Source: Mesorhizobium sp.
Lineage (GTDB): Bacteria; Pseudomonadota; Alphaproteobacteria; Rhizobiales; Rhizobiaceae
Direction: 5' to 3'
NCBI GenBank assembly: GCA_963966365.1
Contig: CAWZZC010000027.1
Location: 65,989-129,988, forward strand
Length of the DNA stretch: 64,000 nucleotides
Both the position numbers and the translations under genes were made by a program. Shown in pieces: positions 10,063 through 19,974 of the stretch. The stretch's first letter is position 1. Every line of letters begins with the position of its first letter. The notes under the pieces were generated by a model. That model was given only the letters and a program-made list of their open reading frames with translations. It was not told the origin of the DNA and ran no database searches.

Positions 10063-10842
10063 CTATTCCGCGGCGGCGCGGCGGGCCGAATAGCGCATCG
10101 TATCGAAACGCGCGCCCAACCCGTCATAGAGCAGCAAGCGTCCGACCAGGGGCGTGCCGATGCCGGTGACAAGCTTGATAACTTCCATCGCCTGCAACGT
10201 GCCCATGACGCCCGTCAAAGCCCCGACAATACCCGCCTGTGCACACGAAGGCACAAGATCAGGCGGAGGCGGCTCGGGAAACAGGTCGCGATAGCTCGGG
10301 TTCGGCTGCCCCTCGCTGTTCAGGGTGAAGGGCATCAGCACCGTCAAAGAGCCGTCGAACCGGCCGACAGCCGCCGTCACGAGCGGTCTGCCGGCTGCCG
10401 CACAAGCGTCCGCCACCGCATAACGCGTATCGAAATTGTCCGAACCGTCGGCCGCCAGATCATAGGCGGAGACGAGTTCAGCGACATTGTCGACTGTCAG
10501 GCGCAGCCGATGTTGCTCGACGCGAACATGCGGGTTGATGCGGGCGATCGCCTGGGCCGCGCTTTCAGTTTTGGGCTGACCCGTTGTCTGCGTGTCATGG
10601 ATCACCTGACGCTGCAGATTGGAGAGCGCCACCGTATCGTCGTCGACGATGCCGAGCGTTCCTATGCCGGCTGCCGCCAGATATTGCAGCAGCGGCGCGC
10701 CCAACCCGCCGGCGCCGATCACCAGAACGCGGGCGCGCTTGAGCTTCTGCTGACCAGCACCGCCGATCTCGGGCAGCACGATATGGCGGGCATAGCGCTC
10801 GAGCTCTTCATTGCTGAGGGGACTGAAAGACGATGTGTTCAT
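10063..10842 (-). CDS. moeB: HesA/MoeB/ThiF-family adenylyltransferase (MoeB-like E1)
   Basis: 259 aa. ERYARHIVLPEIGGAGQQKL and the VIGAGGLGAP nucleotide-binding loop. Confidence 0.85.
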   Translation of the reverse strand: MNTSSFSPLSNEELERYARHIVLPEIGGAGQQKLKRARVLVIGAGGLGAPLLQYLAAAGIGTLGIVDDDTVALSNLQRQVIHDTQTTGQPKTESAAQAIARINPHVRVEQHRLRLTVDNVAELVSAYDLAADGSDNFDTRYAVADACAAAGRPLVTAAVGRFDGSLTVLMPFTLNSEGQPNPSYRDLFPEPPPPDLVPSCAQAGIVGALTGVMGTLQAMEVIKLVTGIGTPLVGRLLLYDGLGARFDTMRYSARRAAAE

Positions 10843-10912
10843 CGCCCGATCATAGCTTGTGTGAACGGCGGTGCAATCGCCGACGTCGCACCGGCTGTCA
10901 ACGCAGACTTCT

Positions 10913-12088
10913 CTACGTGTCCGGCGTCACCGCCCCATTGGCAACCGACAGGAACTGCGCACGGCCGCGCAGGTCTTCAAACAATGCGGGTTCCGTGCCT
11001 GTCATGAAAATCTGCGCGTTCAGCCCTTCGAGGATATCGAACAAGGCGGCGCGCCGACGGCGGTCGAAATGCGCGGCGATCTCGTCGAGAAGCAGAAGCG
11101 GCGTCATTCCGGCAAGCTCTGCGGTCAGCCGTGCATGGGAAATGATGAGGCCGACCAGAAGCGCCTTCTGCTCGCCGGTGGAGCAGAACTCGGCCGCCAT
11201 CGCCTTCGGCCGGTGGCACACCACCAGGTCGGAGCGATGCGGGCCCTCCAGGGCGCGGCCAGCGGCGCGATCGCGCTCGCGATATCTTGCTAGATGTTCG
11301 CGATAATGCTCCTCCGCCTCAACGGCCGGGCGCTCGCCTATGGTGTCCTCCAAAAAGCCCGATACCACGATGTCGGCCTTCGGAAAGGGAGCATCGTCAG
11401 GCACGAGTTCGACCTTCGAGCTCAGGAGACGAACCATTTCGCGCCGCGCCGCCGCGATGGCGACGCCGGTTTCGGCCATCTGGGTCTCGATGGCAGAGAA
11501 CCAGCCATCGTCGCGCACATTATCCGTAAGCATTCGGTTACGGCTTCGCATCGACCGCTCGAAATCGAGTGACCGGCGCCCATGCGCGGGGTCGATGGTC
11601 AGCACCAGACGATCGAGAAAGCGACGCCGCTCCGCCGCAGGGCCGGTGAACAGGCCATCCATCGACGGGGTAAGCCACATGACGCGCAGATGGTCGAGAA
11701 GTTCCTCGGCCGACTTCGCGGTCGTACCATCGATGCGCACCTTGCGACCCGTATCGGCCTCGCCACCCAGCGAACCGCCCGCGCCTGTCCCGATCTCATG
11801 CTGGCCGTCGACGGCCTCGACGGTCGCATGCACGACGAAACCGCCGCTCGCCCCCTCCTTGACGACCTCCCCATAGGCAGCCCGGCGCAATCCGCGCCCG
11901 GGCGTCAGGAAGGATACCGCTTCCAGCAGGTTCGTCTTGCCAGCACCATTCTCGCCGGTCAGAACCACCAGCCCGGCACGCAGTTCCGTCGAGAGGTGAG
12001 CATAGCTGCGGAAATTCGTAAGTCTGAGCTTACTTATCGAGACTTGCGGCGGAAACACTTCACGGCCTGCCGATCCTCCGGCGGTCAC
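10913..12088 (-). CDS. recF: DNA replication/repair protein RecF
   Basis: 391 aa. Walker A GENGAGKTNLLEA and the signature/Walker B region LLLDEIAAHFD. GTG start 5 nt after the dnaN stop. Confidence 0.95.
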   Translation of the reverse strand: MTAGGSAGREVFPPQVSISKLRLTNFRSYAHLSTELRAGLVVLTGENGAGKTNLLEAVSFLTPGRGLRRAAYGEVVKEGASGGFVVHATVEAVDGQHEIGTGAGGSLGGEADTGRKVRIDGTTAKSAEELLDHLRVMWLTPSMDGLFTGPAAERRRFLDRLVLTIDPAHGRRSLDFERSMRSRNRMLTDNVRDDGWFSAIETQMAETGVAIAAARREMVRLLSSKVELVPDDAPFPKADIVVSGFLEDTIGERPAVEAEEHYREHLARYRERDRAAGRALEGPHRSDLVVCHRPKAMAAEFCSTGEQKALLVGLIISHARLTAELAGMTPLLLLDEIAAHFDRRRRAALFDILEGLNAQIFMTGTEPALFEDLRGRAQFLSVANGAVTPDT

Positions 12089-12093
12089 GCCCG

Positions 12094-13212
12094 TCAGACG
12101 CGCATCGGCATCAGGACGTAGAGCGCGTTGTCATCCGCCATGTCGTAGATCAGTGTCGGCGATCCCGCGTCGGCCAGCATGAACCGCACCTCCGAGCCCG
12201 AAAGCTGTCCCGCCACGTCGAGCAGATACTTGGCGTTGAAGCCGATCTCGATCGGATCCGCCTCATAGTCGGCGGGTATTTCTTCCACCGCGCTGCCTGA
12301 ATCCGGATTGTTGACCGTGAGCGTCACCTGGCCGTCTGCAATCGCCAGCTTCACCGCCCGCCCGCGCTCGGACGAGATGGTCGACACTCTGTCGACGGCG
12401 GCAGCGAAGCTTTGCCGGTCGATGATAAGCTTCTTGTCGTTGCCGGTCGGAATGACGCGCTGGTAGTCGGGAAAGGTGCCGTCGATCAGCTTCGAGGTCA
12501 GGACGACGCTGCCGACCGTGAAGCGGATCTTGGTGTCCGAGAGTTCGACCGCGACCTTGATGTCGGGCTGATCGACGAGCTTCTGCAACTCGCTCACCGT
12601 CTTGCGCGGAATGATGATCCCAGGCATGCCTTCCGAGCCGGCCGGCGCCTCGATCTCGGCGCGCGCCAGTCGATGGCCATCGGTCGCCACGGAACGCAGC
12701 TTCAGATCGCCGTCCCCGTCGAAGGTGTGAAGATAGATACCGTTGAGGTAGTAGCGCGTCTCCTCGGTGGAGATCGCGAACTGCGTCTTGTCGATCAGTC
12801 CCTTCAGCGCCTCGGCATCGAGACGAAACATGTGAGAGAAGGAGCCGGCCGACAATTCGGGAAAATCCGACTGCGGCAGACATTGCAGACGGAAGCTGGA
12901 GCGGCCGGAGACGACGGACATCGCATTGCCGTCCTCGTCCGTCTTGAGCATGACCTCCGCCCCGTCCGGCAACTTGCGAACGATGTCGTAGAGCAGATGG
13001 GCCGGCACGGTCGTGGCGCCCGCCTGCTCTATCTGGGCGGCCGCGGCCTCCGTCACCTCCAGATCGAGGTCTGTCGCCTTCAGCTCCATGACGGCTCCAT
13101 CCGCCTTCAACAGCACGTTGGACAGGATGGGGATCGTGTTGCGGCGCTCGACAACGCGATGCACGTGATTGAGCGACTTCAGGAGGGTGGAACGTTCGAG
13201 AGTGACGCGCAT
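12094..13212 (-). CDS. dnaN: DNA polymerase III beta sliding clamp
   Basis: Track ORF 12094..13323 trimmed to the ATG at 13212 (MRVTLERSTLLKSLNHVHRVVERRNTIPILSNVLL...), giving 372 aa. Confidence 0.95.
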   Translation of the reverse strand: MRVTLERSTLLKSLNHVHRVVERRNTIPILSNVLLKADGAVMELKATDLDLEVTEAAAAQIEQAGATTVPAHLLYDIVRKLPDGAEVMLKTDEDGNAMSVVSGRSSFRLQCLPQSDFPELSAGSFSHMFRLDAEALKGLIDKTQFAISTEETRYYLNGIYLHTFDGDGDLKLRSVATDGHRLARAEIEAPAGSEGMPGIIIPRKTVSELQKLVDQPDIKVAVELSDTKIRFTVGSVVLTSKLIDGTFPDYQRVIPTGNDKKLIIDRQSFAAAVDRVSTISSERGRAVKLAIADGQVTLTVNNPDSGSAVEEIPADYEADPIEIGFNAKYLLDVAGQLSGSEVRFMLADAGSPTLIYDMADDNALYVLMPMRV

Positions 13213-13321
13213 GACTTTCGAGGTCTCATTCACTGGATTGCCGCGCCCGGAGGCACAGACGACAACGGCCCGAGACCGGGCCGGGACTGTCTCAAAATGA
13301 CAGGAAAATCGTGCCAAAGGC

Positions 13322-13359
13322 AAGCCCGCGCGACAGCCTGAAGGCGATGGCGCGGGCTT
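13322..13359 (-). other. 10-bp stem hairpin between dnaA and dnaN
   Basis: AAGCCCGCGC (13322-13331) pairs with GCGCGGGCTT (13350-13359) around an 18-nt loop. There is no clean U-tract, so the function is unclear. Confidence 0.35.
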
Positions 13360-13406
13360 TCTACGGGGATAAGTACGACCGGCTGCGTCCGCCGTGCCGC
13401 CGCTCC

Positions 13407-14999
13407 TCAGGCCTGATCGTTAATCAGTCGTCGCAGCAACTCGATTTCCTGCGCCAAGGTCGTGTCGTTGGTGGAAAGATCCTCGATCTTGCGCACGGCA
13501 TGCAGCACTGTCGTATGATCGCGGCCGCCGAAGCGGCGCCCGATTTCGGGCAGCGAACGAGGCGTCATGACCTTCGACAGATACATCGCCACCTGACGCG
13601 GCTTGACGATGGTGCGGGTGCGGCGGTTCGAAAGCAGCTCGGTCTTCGAAACATTGTAATGGCGGGCCACGACACGCTGAATGTCCTCGATGCGCACCCG
13701 TTTGGGCTCGCCTGCCTTGTACATATGGCCGAGCAGCTCGTCGATCCGCTCGATGGAAATCTGCGGTTCGAAGGACTGGCGGAACAGGAGCTGGTTGAAG
13801 GCGCCCTCGAGTTCGCGGCCGCTGCCCGTGACGGTGCGCGCGACATGCTCCAGGATCTCCTGCGGGATTTCGAGCGAATGGTCTTCCTCCCGCGCCGAGG
13901 TCAAACGCTGCTCGAGCATACCCAGGCGCATGGAATAATCCGGGGCCGCCATCTCCAGCGAAACGCCGCCCTGGAGGCGCGAACGCACGCGCGGCTCCAG
14001 CGATTCCAGTTCGCTGGCCGGACGGTCGGCGGCAACGACCACCTGCTTGGCGCTATCGAGCAGCATGTTGATGAGATGACAAAACTCGTTCTGGATCGTC
14101 TTGCCCTGCAGGAACTGCATGTCGTCGATGACCAGAAGATCGATGTCGCGCAGCTGCTCCTTGAGCGTCAGGGCGCTATTGTCGCGGATGGCGGTGGCGA
14201 AGCGCCACATGAAATACTCGGCCGTCAGATAGACGACACGCGAACCGGGTTTGTGGCGCAGCGATTCCGCGGCGATGGCCTGCAGCAGATGGGTCTTGCC
14301 CAGACCTACGGAGGCATGGATGTAGAGCGGATTGAAACGGACCGATGTCGAGGCGCTTTCGGCGACCGTGCGCGCAGCGGCAAAGGCGACGCGGTTTGAC
14401 GTCCCCTCGATGAAGGAATCGAAAGTATAGCGCGGATCGAGAGGCGACCCGAGAACGCATTTGCGGCTGGCGCTGTCCGGCGCATTGGCGGTCAGACGAT
14501 GGGCCGAAGGCTTGCGGGCGAGCCCCGCAGCGGAAGAGGAAAGTGCGGCCTGTGAGGTGCGCTCGGGAGACCGGTGCGCCGGCTCCTCCACCTCGGTGTG
14601 AACCCGATGATTGCGCGTCGCACTGCGAAAAATGACCTCCAGCTTCAGCATCTCCGGGTCTTCGCCGCGCCACAATTCGCAGATGAGGTCGAGATAGTGG
14701 TTGTTGATCCAGGAGCGCAGGAACGCCGTAGGCACCGATAGCCGCACGATACCCTTCGAGGCCTCCGCAAGCTTCATGCGGCCAAACCAGCTCGAATAGA
14801 CGTCACTGCCAAGCCGTGCCTTGAGCTGCACCTGAACGCGCTCGAAGACGGCCGCAGCCCCGGAGGCATCGGCGACTTCCATCCCGGCGCCATCGCCATG
14901 AACGAAAACAAGCTCCTTGCCGGTTTCTGCCTCTATGCCGCCGTGCATCTCCGCCTTCCTCTTCATGACAAAATTATCCCGTCGCCCGCCGCTACGCAT
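13407..14999 (-). CDS. dnaA: chromosomal replication initiator DnaA
   Basis: AAA+ Walker A ([10 protein letters not shown]) and a C-terminal DnaA-box-binding domain ([12 protein letters not shown]...[11 protein letters not shown]). Start is uncertain: ATG at 14999, 14966, or 14948, the last preceded by AGGAAGGCGGAG. Confidence 0.97.
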   Translation of the reverse strand: MRSGGRRDNFVMKRKAEMHGGIEAETGKELVFVHGDGAGMEVADASGAAAVFERVQVQLKARLGSDVYSSWFGRMKLAEASKGIVRLSVPTAFLRSWINNHYLDLICELWRGEDPEMLKLEVIFRSATRNHRVHTEVEEPAHRSPERTSQAALSSSAAGLARKPSAHRLTANAPDSASRKCVLGSPLDPRYTFDSFIEGTSNRVAFAAARTVAESASTSVRFNPLYIHASVGLGKTHLLQAIAAESLRHKPGSRVVYLTAEYFMWRFATAIRDNSALTLKEQLRDIDLLVIDDMQFLQGKTIQNEFCHLINMLLDSAKQVVVAADRPASELESLEPRVRSRLQGGVSLEMAAPDYSMRLGMLEQRLTSAREEDHSLEIPQEILEHVARTVTGSGRELEGAFNQLLFRQSFEPQISIERIDELLGHMYKAGEPKRVRIEDIQRVVARHYNVSKTELLSNRRTRTIVKPRQVAMYLSKVMTPRSLPEIGRRFGGRDHTTVLHAVRKIEDLSTNDTTLAQEIELLRRLINDQA

Positions 15000-15389
15000 G
15001 CCGCGAACGCTTTATCTTCCTGTTGCGGCATTTCTGCCGTTTTGAACTGTACCCGCCCTTTGTCCCGGCCCAAGTGACCGGCAAGCCCCCAACAAGGTCC
15101 AGGGCGGACCCGAACGCAATCGCACATGGGCCGAAAACGTTACACACCGACTAACCGCCAGCGCATACCCCCAGGTTTTCGACCATGACCATGGCGGTGG
15201 CCCGCCACGATCGAAAGGACAAAAAAAGCGCGCCCGCGAAATCGGTCCGCGTTGCAGATGGCTCACATTTTCTCGGTGTTAGGGCCGCGAGGCCCGGTCC
15301 CTTTCGACGCTTGGAGACTACAAAAATCGGAGAGCAAAGGGCAAGGCCCGTAAGTAAGAGAATCTTAATGTCGAGCGCCCCGAAGATCG

Positions 15390-15404
15390 TTAAGACATGG
15401 TTAA
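15390..15404. promoter_or_regulatory. CtrA-type box TTAA-N7-TTAA
   Basis: TTAAGACATGGTTAA read directly. Lies in the AT-rich rpsT-dnaA spacer. Motif match only. Confidence 0.4.
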
Positions 15405-15548
15405 TAGCCTCCTTGCCGAGCGGTAAACTGTTTTGATTCAAACCCTTTTCGCAAAGGACGTGTTTCAGTGCCCGGCTATATAAAAAAATCAAAAAAAACT
15501 GCTTGACAGACCTTGCCCACCACGAGGCCTGCCCGGCTGGGGACTTCC

Positions 15549-15557
15549 TGTGGATAA
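15549..15557 (-). promoter_or_regulatory. perfect DnaA box (TTATCCACA on the minus strand)
   Basis: TGTGGATAA on the plus strand, about 550 nt upstream of the dnaA start. Consistent with dnaA autoregulation. Confidence 0.6.
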
Positions 15558-15710
15558 CATCCTGCAACACCTTGGAACAATTAATCTTTTGGCGCTGGCG
15601 CGTTTATGCGCAAGCATTGTTGCAACGGGTCGTCTGACGGTCAATTTCCAAATGCCGGCAAAGGACCGACAGAGGCGTTTTACGCACCTGCGGCAACCCT
15701 TTGGAGGCAA

Positions 15711-15741
15711 ACAAAAAACCCGGCGAGAAGCCGGGTTTCTT
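15711..15741 (-). terminator. rho-independent terminator of rpsT
   Basis: Minus strand reads ACCCGGC-ttctc-GCCGGGT followed by TTTTTTG, immediately after the rpsT stop. Confidence 0.8.
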
Positions 15742-15783
15742 AATACATCTTAACAGAGCAGCAGAATGCCGCGAAGCGCGTGC

Positions 15784-16050
15784 TCAGGCGCTCAGAGTCT
15801 TCACACGCTGCGCCAGGCGCGAAACCTTGCGTGAGGCAGTGTTCTTGTGCAGGACACCCTTTGAGGCCGCACGCATCAACTCAGGCTGAGCGTTGCGCAG
15901 AGCCGTTTCGGCGGCAGCCTTGTCACCAGAAGCGAGCGCTTCCTCGACCTTGCGAACAAAGGTGCGCACACGTGAGCGACGGTTCTTGTTGATCGCCGTG
16001 CGGCGGGCAATTTTGCGCGTAGCCTTTTTGGCCGAGCGGGTGTTGGCCAT
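15784..16050 (-). CDS. rpsT: 30S ribosomal protein S20
   Basis: 88 aa, [26 protein letters not shown]... Confidence 0.97.
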   Translation of the reverse strand: MANTRSAKKATRKIARRTAINKNRRSRVRTFVRKVEEALASGDKAAAETALRNAQPELMRAASKGVLHKNTASRKVSRLAQRVKTLSA

Positions 16051-16104
16051 GATGCCTCTCTCGTTGTCCAGACTATCGGTGCCTCGCTCCGGAGCCCGGC
16101 GGGC

Positions 16105-16138
16105 ACGAAAACAATCGGGCGGCCGAAATGGGCCGCCT
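16105..16138 (-). terminator. probable terminator after the enoyl-CoA hydratase gene
   Basis: GGCGGCC (16118-16124) pairs with GGCCGCC (16131-16137). On the minus strand it is followed by GATTGTTTTCG. Confidence 0.5.
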
Positions 16139-16239
16139 CAGTCGATGCGGCTTATAGTGCAGCTTTTCGGTCGCGTCAACGCCGGAATCGCATGTATGCG
16201 TCCCGCCCGAGGCTCCACGGCCGCCGCAACGCCTGCAAT

Positions 16240-17013
16240 TCAGTGATTGCGGAAATTGGGCGAGCGCTTCTCAACGAAGGCCGTCATGCCTTCCTTCTGA
16301 TCGTCGAGCGCAAACATGGAGTGGAACACGCGACGCTCGAAGCGGAGTCCTTCTGAAAGCGTCGTCTCGTAGGAGCGGTTGACCGCCTCCTTGGCCATCA
16401 TCACCGCCGGCAACGAGAAATTGGCAATCTTCGTGGCGGCCTTCAGCGTTTCCTCGATCAGATCGTCGAGCGGCACGACCCGCGACACCAGCCCGCAGCG
16501 CTCCGCCTCTTCGGCATCCATCATGCGGCCGGTGAGGCACATGTCCATCGCCTTCGACTTGCCGACGAAACGGGTCAGCCGCTGCGAGCCTCCCATTCCG
16601 GGCATCACGCCGAGCGTGATCTCGGGCTGACCGAACTTGGCGTTGTCGGCGGCGATGATGAAGTCGCACATCATGGCCAGTTCGCATCCCCCGCCAAGGG
16701 CATATCCAGCGACCGCGGCGATAATCGGCTTGCGAACCCGCGTCATCGCCTCCCACCCGGCAAAGAAGTCGCTCATGAAGGCGTCGCTATAGGACATCGG
16801 CTGCATCTGCTTGATGTCGGCACCCGCGGCAAATGCCTTCTCGGACCCTGTAAGCACGATCGCCCCGACCGCGGCGTCGGCATCGAACGCCTCCATCGCC
16901 GCGACGACTTCCTTCATGACGGTGGTATTGAGCGCGTTGAGCGCCTTGGGACGGTTGAGCGTCACCAACCCGACCTTGCCGCGCGTTTCGACGATGATGG
17001 TTTCATATGCCAT
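16240..17013 (-). CDS. enoyl-CoA hydratase (crotonase family)
   Basis: 257 aa. Crotonase signatures are present (ALNALN..., [31 protein letters not shown]). Confidence 0.92.
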   Translation of the reverse strand: MAYETIIVETRGKVGLVTLNRPKALNALNTTVMKEVVAAMEAFDADAAVGAIVLTGSEKAFAAGADIKQMQPMSYSDAFMSDFFAGWEAMTRVRKPIIAAVAGYALGGGCELAMMCDFIIAADNAKFGQPEITLGVMPGMGGSQRLTRFVGKSKAMDMCLTGRMMDAEEAERCGLVSRVVPLDDLIEETLKAATKIANFSLPAVMMAKEAVNRSYETTLSEGLRFERRVFHSMFALDDQKEGMTAFVEKRSPNFRNH

Positions 17014-17060
17014 GATATTCTCCTCCGGTGGGACGCGGTCCTGAAGCGACCCGCATTAGC

Positions 17061-17954
17061 CTACCCCTGACAGACGGGGCAATAGAAAGTGGACCGGCCA
17101 GACTGGACGACGCGCCTGACGACGCCCGTGCAGCCCGCCTTGACGCATGCAGCACCCTCGCGGTCGTAGACGCTGAAACGATGCTGGAAATAGCCGAGCG
17201 AGCCGTCGGCATGGACGTAGTCGCGCAGCGAGGATCCGCCCGCCTCGACCGCTTCGGCAATGACATCCCGGACCGCCTGGGCCAGGGCGGCGGCGCGCGC
17301 CGGCGCCTTGCCACGGCCGCCGGACAGCGTCCCGGCCTTGCGCAATGGCGAAAGCCCGGCCCGCCACAGGGCTTCGCAGACATAGATATTGCCGAGCCCG
17401 GCGATGAGCCGCTGATCCAGGAGAGCGCCCTTGAGCGGCCCGCGGCGGCCGGCCAGCATCACGGACAGCATTGGCCCGTCAAGGGCGTTTCCGGTCGGCT
17501 CGACGCCAAGGCCGCGCATGAGCGGATGTTCGGCCAAGGCGCCCGGCTCGGCCAGGAGCATGAAGCCGAAGCGGCGCGGATAGTTGTAGACGATCCGCGC
17601 GGCACCGCTAGCCGGATGGTCGAGATGCAGCACGGCATGATCATGTGCGGACGCCTTCGATCGCGCATGATGGAAGTGGCCGGGCACGGCCTCCCCTTCG
17701 TCGCGCTCGATACGCCAGGAGCCCGACATCCCCAGGTGGCTGATCAGCGCCTGATCGTCGTCGAGATGGGCAATCAGATATTTGGCCCGGCGTGACAGGC
17801 CGGTGACGGTCCGCCCGACAAGCCGGACCACAAAATCCTGCGGGAAGGGAAAGCGCAGATCGGGCCGTCTCTGGTCGACCGATACGATCCTCGCCCCTTC
17901 CAGAACCGGTTGCAAGCCACGCCGGACCGTTTCCACCTCTGGCAGTTCAGGCAT
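17061..17954 (-). CDS. mutM: formamidopyrimidine-DNA glycosylase
   Basis: 297 aa. [15 protein letters not shown]-terminus and a C-terminal zinc finger (CVKAGCTG...TFYCPVCQ). The start overlaps the deoB stop by 8 nt. Confidence 0.96.
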   Translation of the reverse strand: MPELPEVETVRRGLQPVLEGARIVSVDQRRPDLRFPFPQDFVVRLVGRTVTGLSRRAKYLIAHLDDDQALISHLGMSGSWRIERDEGEAVPGHFHHARSKASAHDHAVLHLDHPASGAARIVYNYPRRFGFMLLAEPGALAEHPLMRGLGVEPTGNALDGPMLSVMLAGRRGPLKGALLDQRLIAGLGNIYVCEALWRAGLSPLRKAGTLSGGRGKAPARAAALAQAVRDVIAEAVEAGGSSLRDYVHADGSLGYFQHRFSVYDREGAACVKAGCTGVVRRVVQSGRSTFYCPVCQG

Positions 17955-19188
17955 GGGTGGCGATCCGGTCGAGGAACGGCGTTCCGTGCGAACCAGGCGG
18001 CAGCCCGAGATGCTGCGCGACCGTCTCGCCGATATCCGCGAAGGTCTGCCTGATGCCGATCGAACCGGCGGAAAGATGCGGTCCGGTGCCGATCACCGGC
18101 ACGCGCTCGCGTGTATGGTCGGTCCCCTTCCAGGTCGGATCGCATCCATGATCGGCCGTCAGCACGATCATGTCGCCCTCGCGCAAACGCGAGAGCGCTT
18201 CCGGAAGACGCCGGTCGAAGGCTTCGAGAGCGGCCGCATAACCCGCCGGGTCGCGGCGGTGACCGTAAAGCGTGTCGAAGTCGACGAAATTGGCAAAGAC
18301 CAGCGCACCATCCCCTGCTTCATCCATCGTTTTGAGCGCGGCATCGAAAAGCGCCATGTTGCCGGCCGCCTTGCGCACCTCCGAAACGCCCTGATGGGCA
18401 AAGATGTCGCCGATCTTTCCGATCCCGATCACCCTGCCTCCTGTTGCGACGAGACGGTCGAGAAGGGTCGGCTCGACAGGCGGCACGGCATAGTCGCGAC
18501 GATTGGCGGTACGCTCGAAATCATCGGCCGAACTGCCGACAAAGGGCCTGGCGATGACGCGACCGATATTGAGGGGATCAACCAGGCGCCGGACGATCGC
18601 GCAGAGGTCGTAGAGCCGCTCCAGGCCGAAATGTTCCTCGTGGGCCGCGATCTGGAAGACAGAATCGGCCGAGGTGTAGCAGATCGGCTTTCCGCTGCGC
18701 ACATGTTCCTCGCCCAGTTGCCGGATGATGTCGGTGCCCGAGGCGTGGCAATTGCCCAGGATGCCCGGCAATTTCGCCTGGCGAATGATCGCCTGCGTGA
18801 GATCGGAGGGAAAGGTCGGCACCTCGTTTGGAAAATAGCCCCAGTCGAAGGGTACCGGCACACCCGCGATCTCCCAGTGGCCGGATGGCGTGTCCTTGCC
18901 GCTGGAGACTTCCTGCGCCGCGCCGTAGAAACCGGCCGGCCGGCCCACGCGCGCGATGCCCTCCGGGTGCTCTCCCGTGGCAAGCAGGGCGGCCTCGCCG
19001 AGCCCCAGCCGCATCATGTTAGGAAGGTTGAGCGAGCCGGAGCGCAGCCCGTCGCGGTCAGCCAGCCCGCGCGCCGCCGCCCGGGCGATGTGACCGAGCG
19101 TGTCGGCGCCGGCATCGCCGAACCGATCGGCGTCCGGCGCGCCGCCGATGCCGAAGGAATCGAGCACGAAGAGAAATGCGCGCGCCAT
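17947..19188 (-). CDS. deoB: phosphopentomutase
   Basis: Track ORF 17947..19230 trimmed to the ATG at 19188 ([20 protein letters not shown]...). TADHGCDPT metal-binding motif. Confidence 0.92.
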   Translation of the reverse strand: MARAFLFVLDSFGIGGAPDADRFGDAGADTLGHIARAAARGLADRDGLRSGSLNLPNMMRLGLGEAALLATGEHPEGIARVGRPAGFYGAAQEVSSGKDTPSGHWEIAGVPVPFDWGYFPNEVPTFPSDLTQAIIRQAKLPGILGNCHASGTDIIRQLGEEHVRSGKPICYTSADSVFQIAAHEEHFGLERLYDLCAIVRRLVDPLNIGRVIARPFVGSSADDFERTANRRDYAVPPVEPTLLDRLVATGGRVIGIGKIGDIFAHQGVSEVRKAAGNMALFDAALKTMDEAGDGALVFANFVDFDTLYGHRRDPAGYAAALEAFDRRLPEALSRLREGDMIVLTADHGCDPTWKGTDHTRERVPVIGTGPHLSAGSIGIRQTFADIGETVAQHLGLPPGSHGTPFLDRIATHA

Positions 19189-19323
19189 GCCGAGCCCTTG
19201 CCGCCCTTGTTCAGACCTTACGGTCCACACATAGGCCCGGCCGGCGCGGTTGGCAATTCCCGCATCATTGCTGCAGGTGCGCCCGCTTCCTCCCCGCCGG
19301 GACGAGGTCGCTCCGCCCCCGGC

Positions 19324-19974
19324 TCAGCAATCGGTACAGTTGATGCGCTGCGTCATGCGCGGCCGCACATGATAGGACTCGTGCATGTCGATCCGGTCGA
19401 AGACGGCTGTCAGGCCAATGGACTCCTTGGACCCCTCGTTCCACGTCAGGATGGGGCGATAGACGAGGTCCGACTCGACGCGGATGAGAAAGGAATTGCG
19501 CACATTGAGCGCTTCCGGCACCGTGACTTCCTCGCCCACGGTCAGATAGCGCGACGTGGCACCATCTTCCATCATTCGCGACCAGGCGACGGTGGCCTTC
19601 GGTTCATCATCGTCGGAAATGTCGATCGCCGTGATGTAAATCGACGGACGCGACCGATTATACGGCAACAAGGTCAATTCGCCGATCTCCATGATGGCGT
19701 CGAGCTCGTTTCTCGTCGCCTTCGTCATCTGGCCCACAAGATCGGATACCATGGCACCGACCCTGGCGGCCTTCTTGTGACTTTCGATGGCCTGCGAGAA
19801 CTCCATGGTGCCGAAATAGAGCACCAGCATGACCGGCAGCAGGAGCGCGAATTCGACCGCCGCCACGCCGCGCCTGTCCTTGATCAGACGGCGCAGCCTC
19901 GCCCGCACCTCCGCGCCCCCCGAACGCATCGCCGGCATGATGGTGTTCCCCCTCGTCTCGCCGCGCCCGATCAT
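19324..19974 (-). CDS. TadE/TadG-family pseudopilin-like pilus assembly protein
   Basis: TadE-like N-terminal segment RRGVAAVEFALLLPVMLVLYFGTMEFS. ATGA overlap with the upstream TadE-like gene. Confidence 0.8.
   Translation of the reverse strand: MIGRGETRGNTIMPAMRSGGAEVRARLRRLIKDRRGVAAVEFALLLPVMLVLYFGTMEFSQAIESHKKAARVGAMVSDLVGQMTKATRNELDAIMEIGELTLLPYNRSRPSIYITAIDISDDDEPKATVAWSRMMEDGATSRYLTVGEEVTVPEALNVRNSFLIRVESDLVYRPILTWNEGSKESIGLTAVFDRIDMHESYHVRPRMTQRINCTDC

Noticed and set aside
15151-15570. 139-aa minus-strand ORF, plus 15185..15436 and 15489..15710, inside the rpsT-dnaA spacer.
   Set aside because: Their composition is atypical of the coding regions here, they have no family resemblance, and they span the AT-rich regulatory DNA that carries the DnaA and CtrA boxes. 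This is more likely non-coding leader or promoter sequence.
15330-15620. Possibility that the rpsT-dnaA spacer is the chromosomal origin (oriC).
   Set aside because: There is only one perfect DnaA box; the others I found match 6-7 of 9 positions. Flanking genes on the right, including rpsT, are oriented towards the spacer. In many Rhizobiales the origin maps elsewhere, near hemE. I kept it as a regulatory-region finding only. A whole-genome GC-skew analysis would settle the question.
15740-15753. A second TTAA...TTAA motif next to the rpsT terminator.
   Set aside because: The spacing is N6 (TTAA-TACATC-TTAA), not the N7 required for a CtrA box.
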